A DNA stretch of 33,995 bases from Reclinomonas americana ATCC 50394 (Eukaryota), in the NCBI GenBank assembly GCA_048213135.1, contig PS015572.1, forward strand, positions 55,945 to 89,939, in the 5' to 3' direction. How positions within the stretch are numbered: position 1 is the first letter of the stretch; every line of letters begins with the position of its first letter. Both the position numbers and the translations under genes were made by a program. The notes beneath the pieces are model-generated. The model saw nothing but the letters and a program-made list of their open reading frames with translations. It was not told where the DNA came from and did no database searches. Positions 1 to 11,059 of this stretch are shown one piece after another.

Positions 1-3000
1 ACAACAGGGCCATCATTGCCGGCCACCAACGGGCACTCGGCGGTGATGCTGGGGGGAGTCGGAGGGATGGCCAGTTTGACATCGCTCACTCTCTCGCCAA
101 GTGCGCCCAACGGAGGTGGCGCTGGCGCCGGAGGCAAGCTGGCTGTGATTCCCGACGCCCGACAGCCACTGATGCACCGCGGGCAAGACGTGTGCGCACA
201 GGTGAGTGCGGAGGGTGTCGTGTGTGGGGTCGCCATCACACACGCACAGACGCAGATGCACGCACACACGCGCACTGACAGCGACAGACACGCGCTCGTC
301 GCCGCGCACACACGCACACACACATGCGCATGCATACACGACAGCAGAGACGACTGTGACACACACGCATGCCCAATATGGCCAGTTGCATGCACTTTGA
401 TCACACGCTCTCTCTTTCTCTCTCTCACTCACTTTCTCTCTCTCACTCTCTCTGCACACGTGCACAGGTGGAGTTCCGCAGTCGTCAGGTGGCGTGGATC
501 GTGGCGTGTGTGGAGCGCTACCACGAAGAGAGTCGCACGTACCGAGTTCGCGACAAATTCCCGTCGGGAAAAAAGTCAAAGCAGTGGGATGTGCCGGAGG
601 ATGACGTGCTCATCTTTCCGCCTCTGGAGGCGCAGGTGGCCACGCTGGAACCCGGCAGTCGGGTTTGTTCGAAATTGTCTTGTTTTGGTCGATATATGGT
701 TGTGGACTGACATCGCATGCATGCATGCATGCATGCACAGGTGCTTGCTCTGTGGCCCAATGACGATGCGCAGACCGAGTGGACCTCTCAGTTTTACGAG
801 GCGACAGTGGTGGCCATTGGGGTGCGTGGGGGGCTGCGATGGAGTGCCAGTTTCCGATTGTTTGACTTGTCTTCTCGTTGCAGGAGCCACTGGAGCCGGG
901 CATGGTGTGTGTGCGCTTCAGGCAAACCACCGACTATATCGACATTCCAGTCAACAAACTCGTTCCTGTTGCGTGCCTCTGAGTAGCGCCCCTTGGGTTA
1001 CTCTCGACTCAAGTGTGTACCGTTGCAGGCACCCGAGTCCGTTGTCAATGCGTCCCGAGTCGACATTGCCGACCCGCTGCAAATGACGGGTGTGTCGGGC
1101 GGTCAGCTGCTCTCGGAGGGCGACTCGTTGCACACGCCGGAGCTGTTGTTGCCGTACATCGGCGTGACCTGGCAGAATCTAATGGACAGCGAGGCGCTGT
1201 TCTACGAGGTCAGTCCGTGGTAGCCGCGGAAGGGAGTGTCGCAGTTTGTCGCGCGCTGACGAGTGTTTGTTGCGCGCGACAGGTGTATCACGCGGTGCTG
1301 GCGGTGCAAGGCATCCCCATCAGTCAGGCAGTGCCTGTGGTTGGCATGCGAAACATCAATGCGTTTGTGTTCTTCCGAGAGGTCAACAAGCGCGGTGGCA
1401 TGCGCAAGGTGTGCCACGCAAGAGTCTCCGTTTCTCTGTTATGGCCTCTGCTTCTCACCACCGCGATCGGGTGGGGTGGACAGGTCATTGAGAACTCACT
1501 GTGGCCCGACATTCACTGGATGTTGAGACTGCCGAGAACGGCCACATCGTCCTCGTTTGCCCTTCGTCGGCACTACCAGAAGCTCTTGTTCCCGGTGGAG
1601 GAGCGCTACCGATGGAAGCGTGAGATCGCCGCTGTCGTGCTGCGGCGCAATCGTGGTGGACCCAAGGCTCGCAAAGAGTGCGTGTGCGTTTGCATCCCGA
1701 GAGTGTGTTCGCCAGCTGACGATTGCGTGTGCACACAACACAGTAGCACTGGAGACGACGGCGGATCGTGGGCCGGGGCAGAGGGCAGCGGACCGTCGCA
1801 GTCACCGTTACCATCGCAGCAGTCGTCGCAGACGTCAAGTGTGCGACGCGCAGCAGCGGCGGCCAGTGGCTCCATGGGGACGCCCGCGGAGGAACTCGAC
1901 GAGGAGGTGGAGCGCATCGTGGCCACCAAGTCGCTTGGTGGTGAGCGGTACTACTTGGTGAAATGGTGAGGCCATCAGTCTCGGTGTGGTTGCTGGTGTG
2001 TTACTGACGTGCTGTGCGCAGGGTCGGCATCACGGAAACATCGTGGGAGCTGTCGGCCTCGCTGCACCTCAACTGCCCGCACCTAATTGTTGAATTTTGG
2101 GAGGCCAAGGACGACGAGGTACTGTTGCTCTTGTGCGTGACCCTGCGTGTATGCGTGTGTCAACATACTGAGAATCGTGGCGACACAATGCGCAGCGTCG
2201 AATGCGCAAGCATCGCGCTCGTCATCGCGACGATGCCGTGGCGTCGGACGAGGAGGGCGAAGAGGTCACAGTTGCGCGGATCTCTCTTCCTGTGTGTGTG
2301 CACACAGGCCAACACTATCATGCCCCGCAGCAGCAGCACGCGCATCAGGTGAATTTCACGCCACCTCCACCACGTCGCACCACCTCTGGCGGCGTCCTCG
2401 ATGCTCGTCGCCGCACTCGGAACCGCACCGTGTTGGATGGTGTGTGCTCCGCAGTGACACTTGTGTGTGCGCACGGTTGCTCACCTTAATGACTGACAGA
2501 TTCGCGGAGAACTCGCCGGAGACCAGCAGGCGATTCGGTGCGTGTGACACTTGTTAGGGGAAAGCCAGTGTGTGTGCATCGATCTGTCTGACTCCCGCCT
2601 CTACAGGCACTGGACGACACGGACGACGAATCGATCATGGCCACCACGACAATGTCGATGGCGCCGTCGGGACCGGTCGGTCCGCGACCGTTTGTGTTTG
2701 ACGCAGCGCGTGTGAAGCAGTTCCGGGATGGTCTCTTCCAAGATGAATTCCAGTCGGATGATGAAATGGTCAGTGGTGGTGGTGCCGTGCTGCTGCACGA
2801 TCATGCGTGTCTGGTTTTCACACATCTTCTCTCCTCTCTGTTGTCAGGACTCGAGCTCAACGCCAGTGGAGCAGAGGATACGACAGGCGGCCATGCGCAT
2901 GCCATGGCCACCGGTCGATCGCGAGAGGGATTCACTGTTGGCCGGCCTGTGCGAGCAGCGACCACTAGTGCGCTCCAGCTCTGTGGCACTGGCACATCAG

Positions 3001-4864
3001 GGCGCGTGTGCCGCTCTGGCACTGTCGCCGGATGGTGCGCTGCTGGCGACTGCGGACTCGTTCGGAACCGTGCATGTGTATGCCGTCGGTGATGCCGGCG
3101 ACTTTTCGTTGCTGGTCGAGTACCGCGATAACGAGGTGCGGAGAAGTAGAGGAGGAATGAGTTGCTCTCTCCATGTCTTGTCACTCACTGTGGTCGGAAA
3201 ACAACAGGAGACGGAGATTGAGGAGTTCTGGACCGTGGCATTCACTCCCGACGGCTCCAAGGTCTACGCCGCCGGTCGTCGCAAGTCGCGGTTAGAATGG
3301 GACTTTGACGAAGAAGACAATCATGTTATTGCGTCTCACATCAAGGTGGGTCAAGACACATCGAGCTGCTCCTCTTCATTTTCCTGACCATGCGTCTCAG
3401 ATGTTTGACCTGGCGACCGGAGTGGTGAACACGTTGCAATTGCACAAGGAGGAGGTGTGGCGACTGTTGGTGGCCAACTTCAAGAGCCGCTGGCATCTGC
3501 TGTCGTGCTCTGCCGACGGGACGATCGTCAAGTGGCGACTGAGTCGCGACTGTGCGCTGGTGCGCGGTCGGGTGGTTTTCGACGACGACACGACGAGTGT
3601 GGTGTCGGATATGGCGCTGGTGCCGGATTGCGGCAACAAGTACCTGCTGGCCGCGTGCGACGATCGCTTCAAGATGTTTGATCTGGAGGAGGAGCGAGTT
3701 GCGTGTCAATGCACCGGTATCGCATCAGCGAGAGCGCGTGTATTGATTGACCCGGGATGTAAAATGTGTGCAGGTGATTCAGATCTTTGACGCGCCAGTG
3801 TACGGCAGCTCGGCCGATTTCGTGCAGTTTGTGTTCCCCACCGACATGAAGCTGGGCGACGGTGAATTTGCCGTTGTCACTCGTGGCGTGCCGGCGCTGG
3901 ATTCGGCGTGCAACCGTTGCGTTTCATCCTGTTTCTCGCATCAAGCGCGCGCTGTGTTGTGCTGAGAAGTTTATCTTTTTTCGCGCGACAGCTCGTGGTC
4001 CATCACAACTGCACCTCAGTGTGCTTCGCTTCCCACCGCACATGGGCCACGCTTTCTCGCTCATCCCAGTGCGCGTGTTTGAGCACGATCAGTTGAGTGT
4101 TTTTCTTGTTTCCTCGGACTCGCACGCTGCTTCTTTTTTTCCTGAAACAGTGTCGTGCAACAGATACGAATCGCTGCTGTCTCCGGTGAGACCGGCGGTC
4201 ACCAGCATGTACATTTTTGCGCCTGCAACAGCCGGGCGTGTATTTGTATGGCGCATCCTCGATGGGCGACTTTTGGGAGTAATTGACGTGAATGAGGATG
4301 AGGAAGACGTGCGAGTGGTTTTGGTGCATCCGAAGCGCGAGATGCTGTTGTGTGGAGGGGAAGGTGAGAGCGAGAAGGAGGAGAGAAATTTGCAATGGAC
4401 TTTCTCTCATGTCTGTTGCAGGCCCGTACACTTTTGCCTTGGAGCCGCAGGCTGTTGATGGCAGCTCAAGTGGCGAGGCCGTCGCCATGGACGATGATGT
4501 GACTGTGTTGCGCGCCACTCGCGCGACACAGCGTCCTGCACCTTCACAAATGCCGCCGCCACCGACGCTGCCAGTGATGACTTCCAGTGTAGGAGCAGCT
4601 GCAGCCGCCGCCGCCGCAGCAGCATCGATGGCACCTCCCCCACTACCTGCTGTCGCAGAAATGTCGATGGACAGTTTTGCGCTGCCGCCACTGCCGCACG
4701 AGGTTGGCGGTGATCGCAGTCTGCTGTCGGCGATGGAGTGGGATTCCTCGCCATCATTGCCGACGCCGACGACAACAACCACAACAACAACGACGACGTA
4801 CACTTTTGGCCTGGACGGTGGAGAATGTGTGCAATCGCCCGAGCCACCACCACCACTGCCGTAG
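1..4864 (+). CDS. Multidomain chromatin protein: SGF29-like tandem Tudor + ARID + chromodomain + WD40 repeats + Pro/Thr-rich tail (5'-partial, ~18-19 introns)
   Basis: Spliced frame gives a Tudor-like segment (LEPGSRVLALWP...TSQFYEATVV), an ARID segment (INAFVFFREVNKRGGMRKVIENSLWPDIHWMLRLPRTATSSSFALRRHYQKLLFPVE), a chromodomain (EVERIVATKSLGGERYYLVKWVGITETSWE...NCPHLIVEFWE) and WD40 repeats (HQGACAALALSPDG, HKEEVWRL...LLSCSADGTIVKW). GT-AG introns include 202-467, 663-740, 822-883, 968-1028, 1209-1282, 1409-1483, 1678-1743, 1966-2021, 2119-2195, 2440-2499, 2538-2606, 2769-2847, 3136-3207, 3346-3400, 3698-3773, 3916-3991, 4092-4163, 4364-4421. Stop TAG at 4862-4864. The junction around 2265-2307 is unresolved. 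Confidence 0.72.
715..736. repeat. Self-complementary (GCAT)n tract at the 3' end of an intron
   Basis: gcatgcatgcatgcatgcatgc lies immediately before the ACAG acceptor at 740. Confidence 0.9.
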
Positions 4865-4929
4865 GTATGATACATTGATTAGACAATAGGAGAAAAATAA
4901 CCACGACATGTACCTGTATGCTATATTAT

Positions 4930-7361
4930 TTACACGGCAGCCACTGCACGGCGAATCATCTCGTGGAATGCGACGCCTTCTCGAGCCGCCACGGCAGCGA
5001 GAGCCTCGCAAAAGTCCTCAAACTCGAGCTCCGCACCAGCCGTCGCTCGAGTCTGTGCAATGAACAGCAGATCCACATCGGCCTGGGTCATGGAGGCCAG
5101 TCGGCACTTGCCCAGCCAGCGAGTGAAGCGCGAGCGCGAGAGGCGACCGAGGCTGCGGATGCCGCAACCGCGCAAGAAGGCCTCAATCAGATCGTCTGCA
5201 GCCACGCACACCCCAACGTGAGTGGACGAATGGACTTGCGTGTGTTAACTACAGCCTGCATGCATGCAAAACGCACCGTCGGTGAGCTCGCACTGCAATT
5301 GTGGCTGCTGTGCGTCGTCGCCAGCAACGGGCAGTACACGCACGTAGCCACATGCCATGGCATCTTCGTGCTGGCGCCTGGCTGCCTTTTGCTCGTCCAC
5401 TGTCAGTCCGGCCATCTGCGTACAGTGTGAGAAACAGCGCGCTTCACGATATCGATGAACCACGTGCGTCAACACCGACCTTCTTGGGATGCATGCAGTC
5501 CACGTTGCACATGAGGAGCGCCTCGGCCAGCACCCACTGCTTAACGTACACGTCGAGAGGTGTGTCGGCAAAGAGACTGGGGCAGTGGTTGACCTCCATG
5601 AGGTGCGGTCGCAGGTGTTCGTCAAGCAGCACATCGAAGCCCATGACATGGAAGCAGTGCGCCCCACCGCTGGTGTCGTTGGGCAACGCCGCACGGTAGC
5701 GAATCAACAGCGTCGGTCGGAGTGCCAGCAGGGTGAAGCGCACGAGATCCTGCGTGTCGAGTTGGTGTGGCGCAGAGGCAAAGCGAAGAGAGCAACACCA
5801 AACTCACCTCGATACGCTGCCACATGGCCTCCGTGTCGTGTCCGCCGTCGGCCAGCAGCTGCAGCAGGTGTGTCAGATTGTCTGGACGTGCCTGCGTGCT
5901 CTGCACTCACGAAACGCATATACCTTTTCGACAGAGCTCACGGAGCTGCAGGGGTGAAAGGAGGGGGTCAATAACAGACCAGGCGCAGGGCGATGCATAT
6001 TCCTCTCCACCGTAGAAGGCCACCACTCACCGCTTGTGTCCCTGATCGTGGTGCTCCAGGTCCACATTTCCCTGGAAGCCGCCCTCATTGAACTTGTTGA
6101 GTGAGTAGTTGGTGAGGTGCATGAAGGCGAGGCGCAGATTGTCGGCCTGCGGTGCTGTGTACGGCTGTGTGATGGCGGTGAGAATTGTGAAAAGTAGGCG
6201 TGGACGCACGATTCGCATCTCACCTGTGTGGCCAGTCGCCCGAGTCCCTCGTGGTGCACAAATGCCGACAACGGCTCCAGTGAGGTGACCAGCACGTACA
6301 GGCGCATGTCGAACTTGAGGCCGTCGATGAGCAGCGGATTGGCGATGTACTCTTGCACGATGCCGCGATGGCGACTCTCGGGGATGTTACGGACGCGCTG
6401 AAACAGGTGGATGCCTGTGGCGATGGAAGAGATGAGCCGCGGTGCCGAAAGGAAGACGGAGAACACCTTGCGTGTGTGCGCACGTACCATCGCCCTGGCA
6501 GCCCTCGTCGGGCTTGAAGAGATACGTTGTCGCCGGCTCATCCGCACCTCGACGAGCGGCAGCCGCCTCACTGCGACCGACGCTCTCGCGAATGCGATCG
6601 AGTTCGTCGGGGTAGACCCAGGAGCGCGGCCAGAAGGCCATCTCATCGGGGAATCGCTCAGCAAAGCGATTCATGATGCGCGCAAACGGGGCCTTGTGCA
6701 AACACTGCCGCGATCCGGGAAACTGATTCAGCTTGCGCACGCGATGCTCGTCGCCCTCCTCCGCCAACAGCTTGCCACAATCTTGCATGCGCGTATACTT
6801 GTTAGGAACACTTGCGCAACAAGAGTCGTGTATCCGCACGCCCAACTCACCGGCGACAGCCACACCGCGATTGATAAACACGACATCGGCCTCGTGACGA
6901 TTGCGCTGACTCGCCACTCGCCAGCCCATTCGCAGTGCGCACCTGTCGATGCCATCAGTCACAGCGATGACACACCTGGAGAGAGGGAGGAAAGCGATCG
7001 CAACTTGGGCACGGAATCCATCACACAGTCGACGGCATCGAGCATGGGCGGGCGTCGCTTTCGTCGACGCAGCGTGGCCTCGTGGCGTTGCAGCAGCGCC
7101 AAGTGTCGACGATACACGGGGCGCTGAGTCACATCATCGCCCGCAGCAGCTGCAGCGATGGAGATGAGAGAGAGAGAGTGAGTGGCGATCGATGAAAGAC
7201 AACTTGAAAATGCTATTTATATAACGACTGTCGGCAATGGCGATCTCCTCGTCTGCGTCGACGCTGTCTCCGTGCTCATCGTCATCGTCGTCATCGTCAA
7301 CCACAGGGAGAGGGTGACGAGGGTGGGTGAGGGTGGGGGCGGCGGTGGCAGCCGAGGCCAT
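4930..7361 (-). CDS. Tubulin polyglutamylase, TTLL family (TTLL11-like C-terminus), ~10 introns
   Basis: TTL motifs KPDEGCQGDGIHL, VQEYIANPLLIDGLKFDMRLYVLVTSLEPL, MHLTNYSLNK and CFHVMGFDVLLDEHLRPHLMEVNHCPS. The C-terminal LSRSRFTRWLGKCRL...ADVDLLFI...FCEALAAVA resembles the TTLL11 tail as I recall it. ATG at 7361 with an acidic N-terminus. Confidence 0.88.
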
Positions 7362-7454
7362 ATGACTTCTCTCTCTGAAAGCAATGAAAACGAGCGGACA
7401 GACAGCGCGTGAAGTCTAATCGATCCACGTCTTTTTACACAAACTCAAACTACC

Positions 7455-10400
7455 TTATGCTCTGATGGGCATCAACTTCGAGCCCAATGGCGATATTTGC
7501 ATCCTCCTCCTCTTCTGTTCTTCCTCCTCCTCGTGCATCTCCTGCACAAAGGTCCACACTTGACTCGGTGATCGGATGCCCGGACACACCTTGCGCAGGT
7601 AGAGAACCATCGGAATAGTGATGGCGCAGAGGGCGCCGAGAATGGCGTACGCGTAGGTGAAGTTGTTGTTCAGCGGTCCGTTCAGCAGGGCCACCAGGCC
7701 GACTTGCACGTAATTGACAATGGCGCACACGACATTGAAGCAGCCGACGGCGCGACCGAACTGCTTCGGCGGGTAGCTGCGGGGGTGGAGAGAAGACGTC
7801 AGAGGCGGTACACGCCGTAAGGAGTAGGGAGGGTGTTGTCACGCAACATCTCCGCAAACGTCACCGTCACGCCAGCCGAAAATTGCCCTCGCAGCAACAC
7901 AAAGAGCGCGACAGTCACCATCTGGTACGACAGGCTCGGCACCATGCTGGAGAGGCAGAGGATGATGCCGACCAGTGAGATCTCGATCATGGCCACGGCG
8001 AGGCCGAAACGTCGGAACACCCAGTCGACAAGCAGAGCAGTGATGGCCACCGACGGGTAGATGATGGAGAAGATGGTGATGTAGAATTGCGCCTCGTCGA
8101 TGGAGGAGGCGAGAGTCAGGAAGAACGAGTTCAGCGTGCCCATGTAGAAGATGGTCAGCAGCGAAATCACCGAGGCCCATATTGACAGCACCAGAAACTC
8201 CGCCGAAAACAGACTGGATCTGAACGATGGCTCAGTTGAGATTTCCGCCGCAGTGATGGTGGTGGTGGTTGTGGTAGTGGTGTTATTGTTGTTGATATCA
8301 TCATTGCTGGGTTTGCGATCAGCCTCCTGCGCCTGGTGTAACACCGGAGTTGAGTGACGCATTGACTCAACATGAATACCACGCGCACAACGCAACTCGA
8401 GTCTGCGACGCCTGCCGATGCTTGAGACTCCACGAGGTGAGCGACGACAGCGATGAACCCGCCTGCAGCGTCTCCGACATGTGCTTCTTGAGATCCGGCA
8501 GCGATTTGATACGCATCGTGGCCGAGCTGCCGGAGCGACCCAACTCCCCCGTACTGCCGCCGCCAACGTGGCCCGACGATCCCACCTGCCGGGCACTGCT
8601 GCCTACGGCAAGCCTCTCGCTAGTCACCGGCTCTTCTCCCTCCTCCTCCACCTCCTCCTCGACCTCCACCTCCTCCTCGTGCACCTCTGGAATGTCGTCA
8701 AAATGCATCGGTCGCCGTTGCTCCGGGCTCTGCTGCTCTGGGCTCCGCTGCTCCGGGCTTCGCTGCTCCGGGCTTCGCTGCTCCGGGCTTCGCTGCTCCG
8801 GGCTTCGCTGCTCCGGGCTCTGCTCGATCGCCTGCAACAGGACGACATTGTCGCCTTGCCGCTCACTGCCGGCGCTCTCCTCGCGCGCCACAGTCGCCAT
8901 CTCCACATCCGTGGATGCCTTTTCCGGTGGCGGCGGCTGCGATCTGGAGCTCGACAGCGCCTCACGGTTCATGACATACGCCACATCCAGGAGCACCTAT
9001 CAATCGCCAGTCAGTGAGCGCCTCACTCCACCACTCACTCACTCTCTCAATCAACTCACCAGCAACACCACAGNNNNNNNNNNNNNNNNNNNNNNNNNNN
9101 NNNNNNNNNNNNNNNNNNNNNNNNNNNNNNNNNNNNNNNNNNNNNNNNNNNNNNNNNNNNNNNNNNNNNNNNNNNNNNNNNNNNNNNNNNNNNNNNNNNN
9201 NNNNNNNNNNNNNNNNNNNNNNNNNNNNNNNNNNNNNNNNNNNNNNNNNNNNNNNNNNNNNNNNNNNNNNNNNNNNNNNNNNNNNNNNNNNNNNNNNNNN
9301 NNNNNNNNNNNNNNNNNNNNNNNNNNNNNNNNNNNNNNNNNNNNNNNNNNNNNNNNNNNNNNNNNNNNNNNNNNNNNNNNNNNNNNNNNNNNNNNNNNNN
9401 NNNNNNNNNNNNNNNNNNNNNNNNNNNNNNNNNNNNNNNNNNNNNNNNNNNNNNNNNNNNNNNNNNNNNNNNNNNNNNNNNTGAACACCGCATACGCCCA
9501 CATGAGTTGGCTCAGCGTCAATCCAAACTGACTCGCCGCAAAGCGCAGGCCCATGCCACACACAAACGCCACCTCCCAGAACGAGCATCCCATTGCGATA
9601 ATCGTGCTCTCCCGCCCCGGAAACAGTCGCGCCACCACCAATCCCGCATAACCAATCCCGTTGCCGCCGGTTCCGAGCAGACACGCCCCGACCATGACAC
9701 ACACCGGATTGAATGGATTCACCGCCAGCAGCACCACTCCGCCCAGACACACCACTCCAAACAAGGCGCTGGTCAGACGCGCTCCGTAGCGATCCAAGAG
9801 AGATCCAATCAGCACAGTCGCCAGCATGCGCACCGAGTTGGCCACCGTGTAGGCATTCGAGTAGAACGGGAGATCCAAGCTGTCAACAATGGTGGTGAGT
9901 GAGAGACACGAATGAGTGAGCAATGAGCGCGCGCGCGAAACTCGTCCTTCTCGACTTGGAGAATGGCGACAAGCAGTGGCCATGTGAACAGCAGTCCGCA
10001 CACAAAGAAAATGGCCATCATGACTGTGCGAGTGAGTGAGCGAGTGAGACNNNNNNNNNNNNNNNNNNNNNNNNNNNNNNNNNNNNNNNNNNNNNNNNNN
10101 NNNNNNNNNNNNNNNNNNNNNNNNNNNNNNNNNNNNNNNNNNNNNNNNNNNNNNNNNNNNNNNNNNNNNNNNNNNNNNNNNNNNNNNNNNNNNNNNNNNN
10201 NNNNNNNNNNNNNNNNNNNNNNNNNNNNNNNNNNNNNNNNNNNNNNNNNNNNNNNNNNNNNNNNNNNNNNNNNNNNNNNNNNNNNNNNNNNNNNNNNNNN
10301 NNNNNNNNNNNNNNNNNNNNNNNNNNNNNNNNNNNNNNNNNNNNNNNNNNNNNNNNNNNNNNNNNNNNNNNNNNNNNNNNNNNNNNNNNNNNNNNNNNNN

Positions 10401-10954
10401 NNNNNNNNNNNNNNNNNNNNNNNNNNNNNNNNNNNNNNNNNNNNNNNNNNNNNNNNNNNNNNNNNNNNNNNNNNNNNNNNNNNNNNNNNNNNNNNNNNNN
10501 NNNNNNNNNNNNNNNNNNNNNNNNNNNNNNNNNNNNNNNNNNNNNNNNNNNNNNNNNNNNNNNNNNNNNNNNNNNNNNNNNNNNNNNNNNNNNNNNNNNN
10601 NNNNNNNNNNNNNNNNNNNNNNNNNNNNNNNNNNNNNNNNNNNNNNNNNNNNNNNNNNNNNNNNNNNNNNNNNNNNNNNNNNNNNNNNNNNNNNNNNNNN
10701 NNNNNNNNNNNNNNNNNNNNNNNNNNNNNNNNNNNNNNNNNNNNNNNNNNNNNNNNNNNNNNNNNNNNNNNNNNNNNNNNNNNNNNNNNNNNNNNNNNNN
10801 NNNNNNNNNNNNNNNNNNNNNNNNNNNNNNNNNNNNNNNNNNNNNNNNNNNNNNNNNNNNNNNNNNNNNNNNNNNNNNNNNNNAGATTATGCGGGGAGAG
10901 AGAGAGGGAGAGAGACGAACCCAGCACGGTCACAAAGTAGGTTTTGAAAGCCAT
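7455..10954 (-). CDS. MFS transporter, SLC43/LAT3-FMP42-like (interrupted by two gaps)
   Basis: Many hydrophobic helices and MFS motif A (GSLLDRYGARL). Also LFPGRESTI, SSLFSAEFL and AEIYPPKQFGR. Exon 1 (10921-10954, MAFKTYFVTVL, phase-1 donor GTTCGT) joins in phase to the acceptor at 10024 across the gap. Confidence 0.8.
8719..8823 (-). repeat. 15-bp coding tandem repeat, ~7 copies, encoding (SPEQR)n in the MFS central loop
   Basis: Plus-strand unit cgctgctccgggctt is repeated. Translation is QSPEQRSPEQRSPEQRSPEQRSPEQRSPEQQSPEQ. Confidence 0.93.
9074..9481. other. Assembly gap
   Basis: Run of N. Confidence 1.
10051..10883. other. Assembly gap
   Basis: Run of N flanked by GAGT/GA repeats. 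Confidence 1.
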
Positions 10955-11059
10955 TGCTTATGCATCAGCAAGGTTGTGAGACAGGGTGACAGTCGTGGAC
11001 AGATGACATCATCGGTGGATCGTTGTCTCTGGCCACGCGCGCACACACTCACTCACACA
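10955..11059. promoter_or_regulatory. Putative bidirectional promoter (MFS / BTB, 105 bp)
   Basis: Position between divergent inferred ATGs. Confidence 0.45.

Noticed and set aside
8719-8823. CRISPR-like array
   Set aside because: Head-to-tail 15-bp units with no spacers, inside a eukaryotic exon.
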